Shown here: in pieces, positions 63,286-64,000 of the stretch
Numbering within the stretch: position 1 is the stretch's first letter
Layout of the letters: each line of letters starts with the position of its first letter
Assembly (NCBI GenBank): GCA_964187785.1
Contig: OZ076417.1
Span: forward strand, 22,816,001 to 22,880,000
Length of the DNA: 64,000 nt
Source of the DNA: Amphiscolops sp. MND2022
Taxonomy: Eukaryota
Reading direction: 5' to 3'
Made by a program: the position numbers and the translations under genes
The notes under the pieces: generated by a model
Database searches by the model: none
What the model saw: the letters and a program-made list of their open reading frames with translations, nothing else
Told to the model about the DNA's origin: nothing

Positions 63286-64000
63286 TTACGTTCTGTTGAG
63301 GGAGAATGATGAATATTGGGGCTGGTTGTTGAGTAAGATTGACAGTAGGCTTATATTGAGAATTTGAGTAATTTGAGTTTGAGTTAGAGTGAGATCGACT
63401 TCGTTAGGGATTAGAACGTGGTTTAGAAGGAGAACGGTATGGTGTTTTATAGCGTCTAAACGGGNNNNNNNNNNNNNNNNNNNNNNNNNNNNNNNNNNNN
63501 NNNNNNNNNNNNNNNNNNNNNNNNNNNNNNNNNNNNNNNNNNNNNNNNNNNNNNNNNNNNNNNNNNNNNNNNNNNNNNNNNNNNNNNNNNNNNNNNNNNN
63601 NNNNNNNNNNNNNNNNNNNNNNNNNNNNNNNNNNNNNNNNNNNNNNNNNNNNNNNNNNNNNNNNTAAGATTTATATGGACTACGAGATGGTGTTGAATTG
63701 TGATAGTGGGGAGAAGGATAAAATGAGGGTGAAGAGACGTTTTTGTAATGTGGATCATAACAAGATCGATTAGGATCATAATATGGAGATTGGTTTTGAA
63801 AAGGGTGGTTATGATAATATCTTGGGCAAGAATTTGAACGAGAATGAGAACAAGATTTCAACGAGATTCTCGCGAGAATCCTTCGATAATGGTTACTATT
63901 GCTACGACTACGAAAACGAGGAGTTTGGTTATCATAATTATTGGAAGGTGTTTTAAAATGTTGATACAAATGGAGTAGGTGATTTAGATTGGAGTCTAGA
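63286..64000 (-). pseudogene. gag: Arg/Ser/Tyr-rich C-terminal region of gag of copy B (interrupted by the gap)
   Basis: RFRSRSNSNHYRR...SHSRSNS..RYY, at the same position before the protease as the RS-rich region of copy A. Confidence 0.6.
63465..63664. other. Assembly gap (200 N)
   Basis: Run of N. Confidence 1.

Larger units (their letters stand above)
47970..64000 (-). mobile_element. Degenerate env-bearing Ty3/Gypsy element, family 2 copy B (5' end beyond the window): gag-pro-RT-RH-(IN)-env1-env2-ORF4-ORF5?
   Basis: Minus-strand fragments homologous to copy A. The strand G/C skew is the mirror image of copy A. Confidence 0.88.

Noticed and set aside
1-64000. Host species assignment, and any tRNA or rRNA genes
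   Set aside because: The features suggest an invertebrate with short introns, but the species cannot be determined without a search. No cloverleaf or rRNA signature was recognised.

Overview
AT-rich eukaryotic (animal-like) genomic DNA with two 200-N scaffold gaps (20203-20402, 63465-63664). About 80% of the window is decayed Ty3/Gypsy LTR-retrotransposon sequence from two unusual families. Family 1 has two minus-strand copies (about 1-9800 and 20403-28650), plus a related plus-strand gag/protease fragment at 31390-32570. Where env would normally sit, the two minus-strand copies carry a large convergent ANTISENSE gene. It appears to be spliced, with one intron position shared between the copies, and encodes a BED-type zinc finger, a hAT-transposase-like body and a basic NLS-like tail. 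Family 2 has a plus-strand copy (about 32850-47970) joined tail-to-tail to a minus-strand copy (about 47970-64000). It is retrovirus-like: gag-pro-RT-RNaseH-IN, then an env whose Cys/motif pattern resembles class III (chuvirus/gB-like) fusion glycoproteins, then a conserved unknown fourth ORF. The minus-strand copy has two diverged tandem env genes. The plus-strand copy has an array of 5-6 hairpin-forming repeats about 200 nt after a candidate primer-binding site. The one clear host gene (minus strand, about 11718-16332) encodes a secreted protein with a signal peptide, a PAN-like Cys module and about 14 Ca-binding EGF repeats in a single 1.8-kb exon. No rRNA, tRNA or CRISPR array was recognised. 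All family and domain assignments come from motif recognition by eye; no database search was run.
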